The notes beneath the pieces were generated by a model. It had not been told where the DNA came from. It worked only from the letters and a program-made list of their open reading frames with translations, and did no database searches. Below, piece by piece: positions 17,023 to 27,397 of a stretch of 64,000 nucleotides of DNA. Positions within the stretch are counted from its first letter, which is position 1. Each line of letters begins with the position of its first letter. Position numbers and translations under genes: made by a program. The stretch is taken from the IMG/VR virus record IMGVR_UViG_3300044625_001067, positions 186,001-250,000 of that record; one strand, 5' to 3'.

Positions 17023-18219
17023 ATGGCCCAAAGCCTGAGAAACATTCCATGGATTCGACAACAGGCCGAGATGGCGAAAGCCATCGAAGCCAACGCGAGG
17101 TACTCCGGGTCACCCAGGGGAACTGTTCGTGGGACCATAATTAGTGTTGAAGACCCTGAAGACTTGGGAAGAGTCAAGGTTCTGTTCGACGCCATGAACC
17201 CTCAGGACATTCCGTCAGTCGAAGGTGCTGGGGAGTTTTCTCTACCGAGGCCAGGAGAGTCAAGCAACTTGTCACACTGGCTCGATGTTTCCCCGGCTTT
17301 CAAGGGAAAGCAGCCGAAGACACTCGAAGGAAAGAGAGTGAATATTTCTCTGAGCAACGGGGAGTACCACTATGCAGTTTTGCAAGACGTACTGTACGAC
17401 CCTCAGAATTTAACCGACGGCTCTCAGCAAGCTCTACAGATTCCGAGCAACAGCACAATGACTCGGCTGCCGATATACGAAGCTGGCGGTCTGCCCCCAG
17501 CATGCAAGGAGAACCACGGTTGCACTGTTGTTGAAGAAAACGGTCCAATGAACTCAGATTGGGTGTGTATTTGTCTGAAGAGAGACGGACAGTACATATG
17601 GGTAAGGCACGCAGATTTAGCGCACGGGCACGCAGGCGGAAACGATGTTACATCGCAGGTTGACTCTGCTGGAAATCGTCTCAGCCCTGGACAAATGGCT
17701 GCAACATACGACCACGTCTTTGTTACAAGTCATCAGGAAATGAAAAAAGAGGGGCGAACCGGGTACTCTACTGCTCCTGCGGGAAACCCTTGGGGATCTG
17801 CTGCAGCGTGGGCACCGCCCCCGATGAGCACGATACAAGCGTTCAAGTTTGTGGAAGGGCCTTTGTTCAGCCAAGACACTGCCCTTAGCTTTGCACGAAA
17901 TTCTGGGTTTATCGATAATATTACCGGGTCGTTCATAACCACCTACAACCCCGAAATTCTTGCTGCAGTTGAGAGTGTCCCAGGGTCGAATTTTACGAAG
18001 ACAGCGATTCAGCAAGCACAAAAAGTTCTAAACTTCTCAGAAGTTCTTAGAAAAGTCATAGCAGACCCCACCGACTTTGTGAAAAATGCGGCAGAAAAGT
18101 CGCTGCCGTCCTATGTTCCGGGTGCCACCAAGTTTGTCATTTCGACGCTTCAGAACCCTGCGGCAACAATAAAAACTGTTTTCTCTAAGCTACCATCCTT
18201 ACCAAACCCATTCAAATGA
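17023..18219 (+). CDS. Baseplate spike protein (gpV/VgrG-type OB fold)
   Basis: RGTIISVEDPEDLGRVKV...SHW OB-fold signature; HxH (HGH) downstream. Confidence 0.7.
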   Translation: MAQSLRNIPWIRQQAEMAKAIEANARYSGSPRGTVRGTIISVEDPEDLGRVKVLFDAMNPQDIPSVEGAGEFSLPRPGESSNLSHWLDVSPAFKGKQPKTLEGKRVNISLSNGEYHYAVLQDVLYDPQNLTDGSQQALQIPSNSTMTRLPIYEAGGLPPACKENHGCTVVEENGPMNSDWVCICLKRDGQYIWVRHADLAHGHAGGNDVTSQVDSAGNRLSPGQMAATYDHVFVTSHQEMKKEGRTGYSTAPAGNPWGSAAAWAPPPMSTIQAFKFVEGPLFSQDTALSFARNSGFIDNITGSFITTYNPEILAAVESVPGSNFTKTAIQQAQKVLNFSEVLRKVIADPTDFVKNAAEKSLPSYVPGATKFVISTLQNPAATIKTVFSKLPSLPNPFK

Positions 18220-18587
18220 CTTTCACCGATGATTACGACCCAGGCTTTGTCAACTCTCCAGGGTTCGGCCAGAGTGCTACAAACCCGTTGGCACCAGTGT
18301 TCTACAAATCTCTCGGAGTAGTTGAGAACCTCTGTGTATACGACTCAATTTACGCGGCCAACTCTGTAAGTGCCCACGTTTCTTTCTCCATCGGGAAAAG
18401 CTTCCTGAGTCAGGAAAGATTCTATGTTGCTGTGCCCACTACTTTTCTTGAGCCGGTGACTTGCGAACAGGACCTGAGAGTCGAAGCAATAACCAACACG
18501 GATCGGCTCATTGTGGACGGAAAAGAGTACCGGGACCGGGTTATTGTCGCTAGGAACGGAACTTTCCACGCACTGGTGAGAGTCTAA
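18216..18587 (+). CDS. Hypothetical protein
   Basis: ATGA overlap with spike gene. Confidence 0.55.
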   Translation: MTFTDDYDPGFVNSPGFGQSATNPLAPVFYKSLGVVENLCVYDSIYAANSVSAHVSFSIGKSFLSQERFYVAVPTTFLEPVTCEQDLRVEAITNTDRLIVDGKEYRDRVIVARNGTFHALVRV

Positions 18588-18997
18588 TGGCAGTACGTCG
18601 CCCATCGGTCTATCGTCAAGGGGAGTTTATCTTTCAGGACTTCTTGTACTTTCAGGACGGGGCAAGTGAGCTGCGGTATATCCTGGGAAAGTATGATGGG
18701 GAGCCCTACGAGTCCGTTGCTCAAACTTTCGATTACCCTCCACCAGGTTTAAGGGGAGGGAGCATAGTATCCCGAGTAGACTACACAGTGAGCGGTAAGT
18801 CGCTCACGATAGACAATTGGGAAGTCAACTGGAGAGACGAGTGGCCCCTTCGATTGGCCTTTCAATTCCTCGCAAATTGTCTATACTCCGCAGCTCAGGG
18901 GTACTCGGTGCGAGTTCACAAGGATGTTTACTCGTTCTGGGTGTCCGAGAATCTATTTCCCATGACAAACGGTCCGAACGACTTCCTGCTGCGTTGA
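18587..18997 (+). CDS. Hypothetical protein
   Basis: TAATG overlap with previous gene. Confidence 0.55.
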   Translation: MAVRRPSVYRQGEFIFQDFLYFQDGASELRYILGKYDGEPYESVAQTFDYPPPGLRGGSIVSRVDYTVSGKSLTIDNWEVNWRDEWPLRLAFQFLANCLYSAAQGYSVRVHKDVYSFWVSENLFPMTNGPNDFLLR

Positions 18998-19075
18998 CTA
19001 CCTAGACCTGGTCCGCAGAGGGTAAAATAAAAAGATGGGGTGAAAACACTCCCTGAAATTTTCACAACATCAGAC

Positions 19076-19333
19076 ATGAATAAACTCGACCACTGTTACC
19101 TCGAAGCCCTTTCTGAAGCACTGAAAGGTAACCTTGGAGAGGCTTTAGAACTCCGCAATGAAGCGGATGCGTTAGCATCCGAAGGCTTCTCCTTCTCCGA
19201 AAATTACGGGAATAAATACCCGTTCATTGAAGAGGCTGTAAATACCCTGATTAATTCGTACGAATTCACACGCTGCGTAAAACCGTCCGGTGAAGCGTAC
19301 GGAACAGCGGGGCAGTGTAGAAAAGGAACTGAA
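19076..19333 (+). repeat. Dispersed repeat copy 1 (copy 2 at 32658-32915)
   Basis: Near-identical DNA over ~200 nt (atgaataaactcgaccactg...tacgaattcac), protein similarity continuing to KGTE. Confidence 0.9.
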
Positions 19334-19687
19334 GAAGCTAAACTGGTAAAGGCGACTTCTCCCACCAGGCGAACCAAGGTAGAAAGAGACATGGCTGCCC
19401 AATCCACTCTCAAAAGACTCGCAGCCAAAGGTCCGGATACTTCCGTAAGAAAGCAGGGTAACAGGGTAGTGGTCAGTAAGGGGTCTGAGTTCAAGGCTGT
19501 TCTACACCCCGAGCACCAGACTGCCCTTGGAAAGTTAAAGGAGGGGGAAAGGTTCAAATTTGAGGACGAAAGTGGCACCCATTGGTCGGCGACACGGTCC
19601 GGAAATAGTATACGCTTAGAGGGGGGAGATACAAGGCATGGCAGCAAACCTTACAAAATGTCAATGGGTAGGGACAAACTGATGTGA
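19076..19687 (+). CDS. Hypothetical protein with duplicated N-terminal leader (candidate head-cargo protein)
   Basis: First ~86 aa nearly identical to 32658 ORF; basic C-terminus; motif GGGTAAAA at 19020. Confidence 0.65.
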   Translation: MNKLDHCYLEALSEALKGNLGEALELRNEADALASEGFSFSENYGNKYPFIEEAVNTLINSYEFTRCVKPSGEAYGTAGQCRKGTEEAKLVKATSPTRRTKVERDMAAQSTLKRLAAKGPDTSVRKQGNRVVVSKGSEFKAVLHPEHQTALGKLKEGERFKFEDESGTHWSATRSGNSIRLEGGDTRHGSKPYKMSMGRDKLM

Positions 19688-19725
19688 GGTAGCTTTCGTG
19701 GGGCTCCTGCTTTCCTTGGGCAGCA

Positions 19726-19740
19726 GGGTAAAACCTTGTA
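19726..19740 (+). promoter_or_regulatory. GGGTAAAR-N5-YA putative late promoter
   Basis: GGGTAAAAccttgTA upstream of 19756. Confidence 0.6.
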
Positions 19741-19755
19741 CAAGGAAATAGCCGA

Positions 19756-20835
19756 ATGCCAGTTCCGCAGATAAAGGAGGCCATACTCTCAGCACCAAGT
19801 ACGGTTGTCCTATACTTCGATAGCCCACTTGACACTCGGGTCAGTGTCCCCATAAGTTCTTTCACTGTGAACTACGGCCAGTACGGAGTAGAGACATTCG
19901 TGTACTCCTCGGACACAATGGTATCCCTTGGGCTAGACAGCTGCTTGTCTGCGTGGGACGAGGTATTTGTTTCCTATGAGCCCCCCGTCGCCTTAGCGTC
20001 CTGCATGAGGGGGCCAGTTCCCTCCACAGCCAGCGATGTAGTCAAGAAAAGAAACGCAGTAAGGGGATTTTACCGAGTTTCAGTCAGAAACACACTTACG
20101 CCAAGCGAACAGACAGAAAACTCTCGCAAGGGGTCCAACCTCGGGCAAACCATCGGCGGTTACGGTTACCCACACCAAGATCGCTCAGGTGTTTTAACGC
20201 CAAACAGGTCCGACCCACGAAGTGCGTCGCCCGACGACTTCATTATCGCGTACGGACTCAAAGAGGCCATACAACTTACGAACATTGACGACGCGAGTGC
20301 AAACTCGGTGAATGTTGCCAAGATGCGAATGGCAATCGAGGATGCAAACGCTCTCATAGACTCTTACATTGAGCAGTCAGGGAAAGCGGGAAAGGTCCTA
20401 ATTACGAGCAACCGCCGCCGAACAGCACTAATTATAGCCCGATACTACCTAGATAATGTCCGGCGAAGAGAAGATGTTTTCAAGGACTATGCTGAGGCAC
20501 TGAAGCAACTCGACGCTGAACGAGAAATGACTTCGGTTCGTGCGGGCCACGGTGACTCAGCTATTGATACCAAGGCAGGAATCATGCGCTCCTGGCGTGT
20601 CCCGCAGCGGTACAACGGGGTTTCGGGGAAAGGTTTCGGGGGGTGGAATACAGACATGGCGGGAGACCAGGCTCCGGACTTTCGTGCTGGTTTCGGGGCA
20701 ACGGGGCAAAACAACTCTGAAACTAATTGGATCTCAGCACGAAACTACGAAGACTTAGGTGGGACTCCACAAATTACAGAGCCGAACGACGCAGGCGGCT
20801 ATCGCGTTAACGGCTCTGATACGATCTACCCTTAA
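19756..20835 (+). CDS. Head-tail connector (Mu gp36/DUF1320-like) with N-terminal Ig/SwmB-like domain
   Basis: DFIIAYGLKEAIQLT...AIEDANALIDSY...IARYYL...YAEALKQL; N-terminal VVLYFDSPLD..SSFTVN..VSY beta domain. Confidence 0.7.
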   Translation: MPVPQIKEAILSAPSTVVLYFDSPLDTRVSVPISSFTVNYGQYGVETFVYSSDTMVSLGLDSCLSAWDEVFVSYEPPVALASCMRGPVPSTASDVVKKRNAVRGFYRVSVRNTLTPSEQTENSRKGSNLGQTIGGYGYPHQDRSGVLTPNRSDPRSASPDDFIIAYGLKEAIQLTNIDDASANSVNVAKMRMAIEDANALIDSYIEQSGKAGKVLITSNRRRTALIIARYYLDNVRRREDVFKDYAEALKQLDAEREMTSVRAGHGDSAIDTKAGIMRSWRVPQRYNGVSGKGFGGWNTDMAGDQAPDFRAGFGATGQNNSETNWISARNYEDLGGTPQITEPNDAGGYRVNGSDTIYP

Positions 20836-20847
20836 GTCCTAACCTAA

Positions 20848-22071
20848 ATGGAACTGAATACAATAACGAAAATAGAGCAATTCCTCTGCGACTCTCTTAT
20901 TGCCTCCCCCCTCATACCAATTGGGGTTAATGTATTGCGTTTGGCTGACGCGGTTGAGAATGAGGGCGTTGTAACTCAGACGAACAACATTGTTGTGCGC
21001 TACGAAAGCTCAACAAGCAATGTTAAGAACCGAGTGCCTTTCATATACGAAGACACTCTCAATTTTGAGCTTAACTTTTCGTGCCAAAACTACCTGACGA
21101 GTTCCGGACACGACTTTGCTACGCAACTCCTTATGGGTGCGAAAATCACACTGTCGGGGAGTGCCCCTTCAGGTGCTTACGTGCAAGTTTTGGAACCTTT
21201 TCGATGCTCTACGTCCCAGTTCACAGGCTTAAGCCCGGAGTCTCAGTACACCTACACTCAAAGCTGGTCCGTAACTATAGAGGAAACCCTGCCGTATATA
21301 GCACTCGACCCCTGTGTTCAACGTGGTGATTGCCGCCAAATTTTCCCCACTCGAAATGTCCTAACTTCTTTACCTTTGGCTGGTGTTCTTGATGAAGCAA
21401 CGGGGAGTGTGTATGTGCCATGGTACCCTGAGACGAATCCCCTAGAGGCCGCGTTCACAGACGCACTCGGAGTGCAGTGGAGCGAAGAACTTACGCAGTC
21501 AGGGGATTGGGTCTATGTATGCAGCCCGAGTGAGGTATTCCTCGAAGACCCTCTAAATCAGCCAATCTACTTATTAAGCAATAAGAATTTCACGGCGGAC
21601 GGTCGCTTGGTTGTAACAATTTGGAACGCCACAACAAAGCAGCCCATAAAGGAAGTTTTCTACGTTAACTCCGGGAAAAGGCTTGCTCGTTACGCTGTGG
21701 ATCTTTGGAGGAACACGGTTTCTGGCGCAGCCAAGGGAGGAATAGACCCGCTAAGTGTGAAGGATGCGTCGTGGTCGTCGAGACTCACCTACGGAGAGTT
21801 CGCAATTGTGAGAGGGGCGAACCGAACCCTGTACTCAGACCCCCTAGATCCGAACGGCAAGACGCAAACTTTGATGGGTGGAACACTCGTCGGTGTGAAA
21901 CCTGACACGTTTATTCAAACACCGCAGGGACGGTTCTACTTTGTAGCTCAGTCTCCGCAGGGTAAAGGTTGGTTGATACAAGATTCCTTCGAGCTTGCGT
22001 CGATTAATTCCTTGTGGAAGCTCGGCTGCATTCCTTGCGAAGGCGGGCCAAATCCTCCGAGTCTCTGTTAA
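20848..22071 (+). CDS. Putative tail completion/neck protein with C-terminal extension
   Basis: Follows gp36-like gene; N-terminal ITKIEQFL...IVVRYESS resembles Mu gp37-like proteins. Confidence 0.45.
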   Translation: MELNTITKIEQFLCDSLIASPLIPIGVNVLRLADAVENEGVVTQTNNIVVRYESSTSNVKNRVPFIYEDTLNFELNFSCQNYLTSSGHDFATQLLMGAKITLSGSAPSGAYVQVLEPFRCSTSQFTGLSPESQYTYTQSWSVTIEETLPYIALDPCVQRGDCRQIFPTRNVLTSLPLAGVLDEATGSVYVPWYPETNPLEAAFTDALGVQWSEELTQSGDWVYVCSPSEVFLEDPLNQPIYLLSNKNFTADGRLVVTIWNATTKQPIKEVFYVNSGKRLARYAVDLWRNTVSGAAKGGIDPLSVKDASWSSRLTYGEFAIVRGANRTLYSDPLDPNGKTQTLMGGTLVGVKPDTFIQTPQGRFYFVAQSPQGKGWLIQDSFELASINSLWKLGCIPCEGGPNPPSLC

Positions 22072-22073
22072 GT

Positions 22074-22226
22074 ATGGCAACTCCCGCACAGCTCTGGGCA
22101 CAGTACGACGTTGCTGTTAAGTCCAACAACTCGGCCTTGGCACAGGCCATCCTTAAACAATTGCAAAACTTCCGGAGTTACCCCACTTCAAATACGGGGT
22201 GCTCACGATGCAGAAAAACACTATGA
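22074..22226 (+). CDS. Small hypothetical protein (50 aa, CxxC)
   Basis: ATG 2 nt after upstream stop; ATGA overlap with next gene. Confidence 0.45.
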   Translation: MATPAQLWAQYDVAVKSNNSALAQAILKQLQNFRSYPTSNTGCSRCRKTL

Positions 22227-22498
22227 CAACAACTTCGAACGACAAAATCCTGAGGCAGAAAGAGACCCTTGCCGCAGCAGCATTGCAGGTTGCTGAAGAC
22301 GCTCTTGAGCTACTTCAAGACCACTTGGAGGAGTGCAGCACTCGAGATCTTGTGACTGTGTTCAACTCGGCTGTGAAAGCGCACCGCGAGATTGTGTCGG
22401 ATATTGTGAGTCTGACCGATTCAGAAAGCAAACAGGAGCAGATACTGGCGAAAGAATATAACGGGACACTTACGAAATTGCTGAAAAGTATTGAGTGA
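22223..22498 (+). CDS. Hypothetical helical protein, candidate terminase small subunit
   Basis: Directly upstream of large terminase; helical composition; position only. Confidence 0.4.
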   Translation: MTTTSNDKILRQKETLAAAALQVAEDALELLQDHLEECSTRDLVTVFNSAVKAHREIVSDIVSLTDSESKQEQILAKEYNGTLTKLLKSIE

Positions 22499-22527
22499 GA
22501 GACCCGTAAAACGTGTAACAGTGTAAT

Positions 22528-24291
22528 ATGAACTTTCGCACCCCGTCTATAACGCACGCTTCTCAGCTAGAGGAAAAATCCCGGTGGAGAAAATATACGA
22601 AAGGTATTCGAGAGCTTGAACTTCTTGAAGCACCTCGATCTGTAATTCAGGAGTTCAGGTTTAAGGCTGCCCGAGATTGTTTCCTGGCCTTTTGTGACAT
22701 TATGAAAAATGGGGACTTAAACGTTTCCCCCTTTCACGAGATCATCGCAAGTGCCTTTGAGGATCTTTACGAACGTCGATACAATCGTCTTATTATATCC
22801 TGCCCACCACGTTCAGGGAAGTCAATGCTTTCCACTATGTTTTTAGCGTGGTTGCTCGGAAAAGACGAAAGAACTCAGCACATCTTGGCTTCCTACGGGG
22901 CTTCTTTATCTCAAAAGTTTCACAGAGAAGCTGTCGTAATGATGAAGACCCCTTCATTTAGGAAGGTCTTTCCTGAATTTTCAGGGTTTAACCGTGACTC
23001 GAAATATGACTTAGTCGGGGGTGGTTATGTACTTGCGACGTCCGTTGGAGGTATTCTCACTGGTTTCACGTCTGGAACCATAGACATGGAATCCACGGGT
23101 ATTGGTGCGGCACTAATTGACGACCCCCTGAAATCGTCTGACTCTAAAGCAGCGCTGGACAACTTAGAAAGTTGGTGGGCAGAGCAAATGTCCACACGAA
23201 GGACAAATCACTACGCCCAAGTCATTATAGCAACCCGTTTTCATGAAAAAGACCTTCATGGGGTCTTAATGGACGGTGATGGTTTATATGACCCTGAAGA
23301 TAATCCTTTCGGATGGAGGTGGATAAACATAGCAGGGCTCTGTGAGGACCCTGACAATGATCCTCTAGGTAGAGAGATGGGAGAGAGCCACTGGCCCGAC
23401 AACCCAGCCTTCTCTGTTCCGATGCTTGAGTCCCAGAAAAAGATAATGGGTAGCTTTAAGTTCGCAGCTCTTTACCAAGGGGTTCCTGTATCGGCTGAGG
23501 GACAGATTGTAAAGAATAGCTGGGTGGAGGTGATTGGGGAAGAAGACTGCCCCCCCTTGGACGTTGTATGGTTTGGAGTTGACTGCGCTTTCTCCGAGCG
23601 AGAGAAAGCTGATGAGAGCGCAATATGCGTCGCTGGTATAAACACTCGTAACCCAGATACTGTTTACATTCGTGAGATTGTTAAGGGTAAGTGGGGCTTT
23701 CCTGACTTGATTGACTCGGTAAAGCAGCATTACGCTCTGTATAACGCAAAAGTTCTGTGCATTGAAAAAGCAGCATCGGGGCACTCTCTCATTCAAATGC
23801 TGAAGCGAGAGGCTAAGATACCTATCGAGGAAATGAGGCCGCTGAAGTCAAAGACGACTCGCCTTCAGGCAGTCTGCCCTTTACTCGAAAACCACCGAGT
23901 TATACTGGTGCGGGGCCTGTGGACTGACGCGTTCGTAAAGGAACTAACTTCTTTCCCGTATGTTCGCCACGACGATAGTACTGACGCCATGGTGTGGGCG
24001 CTGACTTACTACTCGCTCAAAATTGACTCCGTTGACCGGGGTATACAAGACTCGATAATTCAGAGTCGAAAATGGGCTGGTGACCTACGCAGACCAATGT
24101 TTCGGGATGGTCACTCTTACGGTGGGCTTTTCGAAGAGCGAAATGTGTCGGTCGGGGGCCGAAGAGCTCCCCGCAGTATGGGCTTCAACGACCCTGATCC
24201 TAAGTCTGCCGAGGTACCTGATAGGGGCATTTTCCGAGGTGGCCGCAGCCGAGGTCTTCGAAGTGTATCCGGCTACGACCTTTTTAATTAA
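22528..24291 (+). CDS. terL: Terminase large subunit
   Basis: Walker A ISCPPRSGKS, Walker B LIDDP, IATRFHEKDL, ALYQG, nuclease GVD..IEK..HDDSTDA. Confidence 0.93.
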   Translation: MNFRTPSITHASQLEEKSRWRKYTKGIRELELLEAPRSVIQEFRFKAARDCFLAFCDIMKNGDLNVSPFHEIIASAFEDLYERRYNRLIISCPPRSGKSMLSTMFLAWLLGKDERTQHILASYGASLSQKFHREAVVMMKTPSFRKVFPEFSGFNRDSKYDLVGGGYVLATSVGGILTGFTSGTIDMESTGIGAALIDDPLKSSDSKAALDNLESWWAEQMSTRRTNHYAQVIIATRFHEKDLHGVLMDGDGLYDPEDNPFGWRWINIAGLCEDPDNDPLGREMGESHWPDNPAFSVPMLESQKKIMGSFKFAALYQGVPVSAEGQIVKNSWVEVIGEEDCPPLDVVWFGVDCAFSEREKADESAICVAGINTRNPDTVYIREIVKGKWGFPDLIDSVKQHYALYNAKVLCIEKAASGHSLIQMLKREAKIPIEEMRPLKSKTTRLQAVCPLLENHRVILVRGLWTDAFVKELTSFPYVRHDDSTDAMVWALTYYSLKIDSVDRGIQDSIIQSRKWAGDLRRPMFRDGHSYGGLFEERNVSVGGRRAPRSMGFNDPDPKSAEVPDRGIFRGGRSRGLRSVSGYDLFN

Positions 24292-24324
24292 CTCGATCCA
24301 AGACAACACAAACACAATCACAGG

Positions 24325-25744
24325 ATGTCACTTAAACACCAAAAAATAACGCACGCTTCTCAACTAGCAGAGCACTCAAGCTGGAGGAGCTACCGACGAA
24401 AACTCCTTGAACTGAAACTTGAGGGGTTTCCTCAAGAGGCTTACGCTAAGGAAAGTGCAAAAAATAGCTTTCTTGCTTTCTGCGATCTTGTCTCCGATGC
24501 AGGAGGTTTCGCACTCGAAAACGCACCGCTCGATGCAAAAGCATACGAAGTGATAGGGTCCGCCTTTGAGGACATTTCCGAAGGAAGGTACCCAATTCTC
24601 CTCGCGTCGATGCCTCCCCGCACAGGGAAAACCACTCTAGGGGTTCACTTGCTGTCCTGGCTCCTTAGCAAAGACCCCATTGCTAACCACTTTGTAACCT
24701 CGTACACACAGAATCTGGCCGCGTCGGTAGTTCACAAGACTAAGCATTTGGTTCAGTCCCCTCCGTTCCGGACGTACTCCTCTGTGGTTCCCCCACTTGC
24801 ATCGTTTCATGTTTTACCAGTCTCCTTTGGGGGGTCTGTGTGCGGGGACTATTACGGTAGCTTATACGAAACGCCAGGCGTATGGCTAATCGACGACTGC
24901 CACGACGGTGTTTCGGACGGAAGTGTCAACGAGAAACAGATACGCGAGATAGGAGACCATTACGTAGGCAAAAATGCAATAGTCGTTCTCGGGTCTCGAA
25001 GAGGTGAGGGAGATATTTTCAGCTACTTTCTGGAAAAGTACGGTGTCTTTGACCCAGTCTCAAACCCGAACGGAGCCGTTCACATTAACTTATCCGCCAT
25101 CATTGAGAGCGAAGAAGAAGCCAAGGTTGATATTCTCGGTAGGAAAGTTGGGCAGGGTATCAATGACGCTAACTCCACATTTAGCCCGAAGAATCTTCAG
25201 GACTTGCGGAAAACAATAGGGGATGTAAAGTTCTCGTGGTTGTACAAAGGGGTGCTCTCCACTGGGTTCGGAGTCTGCTCCGAGGTACCCCCCTCTAGAT
25301 AAGGTCATTATCTCTATTGACCCCTCTTGCTCGCCAGGCAACGCGGATATGACTGGAATTTGTGTGGCTGGATCCACGAAGGAAAAGGACTGTGTGTACG
25401 TTCTCGACGCGTACCAGGCGAATTGGGACTTGGAGACTGTTGGCGTAATTGTTTTTCTAGCCGCTAAAGCCTACAGTGTTACAGAAGTTGTTATCGAGTC
25501 GTCCATGGCGAGTGAGCACTGGAGACAGTACCTAGAGAAGCTAGGTTTACCTGTTCGAGTGAGCAAGGAGAGAGTGGTGGCTAAGGCACTTGCGACCAAT
25601 CTAATGGTAAAGTCGGGGAAAGTAGCATCCAACCCAGATATACACAACGTGTTGTTTAAAAGTTGGGACTGCATTGGATCGTACTCAGATATAATGGATG
25701 CTATTTTGGTTAGCTTCATGGAACTGCTTCCACCTGCTGTTTAA
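24325..25744 (+). pseudogene. Second, divergent terminase large subunit paralog with apparent frameshift at C6 run 25288-25293
   Basis: ITHASQL.E.S.WR.Y shared with terL; MPPRTGKTT, WLIDD; other frame continues PLDKVIISIDPS...ICVAG, VIES, DIMDA; may be intact if the homopolymer is miscalled. Confidence 0.7.
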
Positions 25745-25806
25745 TTCCGGTGTAGATTGCGATTCGCAACCGCACAAAAAGTTTCTATTGTTTCTCAACA
25801 GTTAAA

Positions 25807-26010
25807 ATGGCTATTTCACCAACTGATAAAAACACTGCAATAATGCAGGAGCTACACGGGACTCGTTGTCTCATCACAAGTCCTTCCTCGGACAAGTACC
25901 TTCGTCAAGCGAAGACGCGAAAAGAGTACCCGATTCCCGAAGACTCCTACTCTCGGTGATGTGGCGGGGCCGACGGTTTTGATCTATTCGTAGAAAGAGT
26001 TCACGAGTGA
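25807..26010 (+). CDS. Small hypothetical protein with in-frame TGA at 25957
   Basis: MAISPTDKNT...DSYSR*CGGADGFDLFVERVHE; frame continues past the stop. Confidence 0.4.
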
Positions 26011-26185
26011 GTTGAACGCCACACTTCAGTCAAAAAAAAAGGGGGGGGCCAGCGGGTAAAGTCACTCGTAGGGTTTCCCTTTCACAATAAACTCTACCAT
26101 TCGTTTCGAAAGGGGGAAGGATTATGTAGTCCTGGTTATCAACGAAGAATACACGCTATCCACTGTTGTCAAATCCCCTTATACC

Positions 26186-26908
26186 ATGTTGAAAAGTCGA
26201 GACAAGCGCAAGTCACGTCGCGCTGAAACAGCTCAAACGGTTGAACGTTCCTATGGCCGGGGTATGGATGTCATGCCCTTCTACTCAAAGTCTGACCGCC
26301 AAGAAGATCTTTGGACTTCTTTGAATAAAAATACAGTTACCATAGCTATTGGACCGTCCGGAGTTGGGAAAACTCTTGTGGCCCTGTGGTGGGGTTTGAC
26401 TGAGATTTCAAAGGGTAATATACAGAAAGTTTACTACATTCGAAGTGATGTAGGATGCTCTCATCAAAGAAGTAGGGGTGCCTTGCCTGGAACGCTTGAG
26501 GAAAAGATGAAACCTCTTGTTGGACCAGTATACGACAATTTGGTTGTAATGACTAAGAGTAGGGGGGCTGCTGACTACTTGGTTGATAAGAAAATTGTAG
26601 AGCCCACTCTTCTAGAGGACTTACGGGGAAGATCGCTAAATGAGTGTCTGATTCTTTTTGATGAGGCTCAGAACTCTATGCCCGAAAACGTCAAAACCGT
26701 CATTAGTAGGGTTGGAAAAGATTCAAAAGTTATCATTACAGGGGACACTAGACAAATTGACCTCGATGTGTTTAAACCTGAAAACGGACTCTTAGACTGC
26801 TACCATCGACTTTCCTCCATTAGGGGTGTAGGGAGAGTTAAGTTTGAAAGAGAGGATATTGTAAGAAATGGAATTATAGCTGAAATCTTGGAGGCTTACG
26901 AGGCTTAG
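26186..26908 (+). CDS. phoH: PhoH-like ATPase
   Basis: GPSGVGKT, GALPG..EKM.P, LRGRSL, DEAQN, ITGD..QID, DIVRNG. Confidence 0.92.
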   Translation: MLKSRDKRKSRRAETAQTVERSYGRGMDVMPFYSKSDRQEDLWTSLNKNTVTIAIGPSGVGKTLVALWWGLTEISKGNIQKVYYIRSDVGCSHQRSRGALPGTLEEKMKPLVGPVYDNLVVMTKSRGAADYLVDKKIVEPTLLEDLRGRSLNECLILFDEAQNSMPENVKTVISRVGKDSKVIITGDTRQIDLDVFKPENGLLDCYHRLSSIRGVGRVKFEREDIVRNGIIAEILEAYEA

Positions 26909-26944
26909 TAATTCGTACCTTAGCTAGGTAACACGACTGAGACA

Positions 26945-26969
26945 AGGGGCCGAAAGGCCCCTCTTTTTT
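26945..26969 (+). terminator. Intrinsic terminator
   Basis: AGGGGCC-GAAA-GGCCCCT then CTTTTTT. Confidence 0.85.
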
Positions 26970-27059
26970 CGGGGCAGGGTGGGGTAAAATTCATCATAGC
27001 CAGTAAAACAATAGCACCGTGATTTGTGCCCCCCCAAAGCCCAGCCTTGAGGCAAAACC

Positions 27060-27395
27060 ATGAGGAGAGACACTCGCTTCCCTCGCCCCGACCGCTTGGC
27101 CTTAGAACAAAGCCTGCCACCTGGCTCCCTCAGCCACCCTCAATCCTACGGGGTATGGTCCGTTTTCTTGCAGTGTGACGACCCCTCAGATGTTGCACAC
27201 AAGTTTCGTTCCTACCGCGACAGCAACCTGTGCACAATCCCCCGCGAACAACTCCGAGCAATGCGAGACACCTTGATTCTTGGTATGAGAGAGTCAAACA
27301 AAGCATCAGCAAAGCCACTCAAGGAAAAGCAAAGGGGCCGGCATTACGCCGACTACGACAAAGAATGGGTAGAAAAGCCCCGCAATGGAGCCTAA
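27060..27395 (+). CDS. Hypothetical protein
   Basis: ORF downstream of motif at 26982. Confidence 0.55.
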   Translation: MRRDTRFPRPDRLALEQSLPPGSLSHPQSYGVWSVFLQCDDPSDVAHKFRSYRDSNLCTIPREQLRAMRDTLILGMRESNKASAKPLKEKQRGRHYADYDKEWVEKPRNGA

Positions 27396-27397
27396 CT

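Noticed and set aside
25957-25959. Selenocysteine recoding of the in-frame TGA
   Set aside because: No convincing SECIS hairpin and no redox-enzyme context; TGA is used as a normal stop throughout
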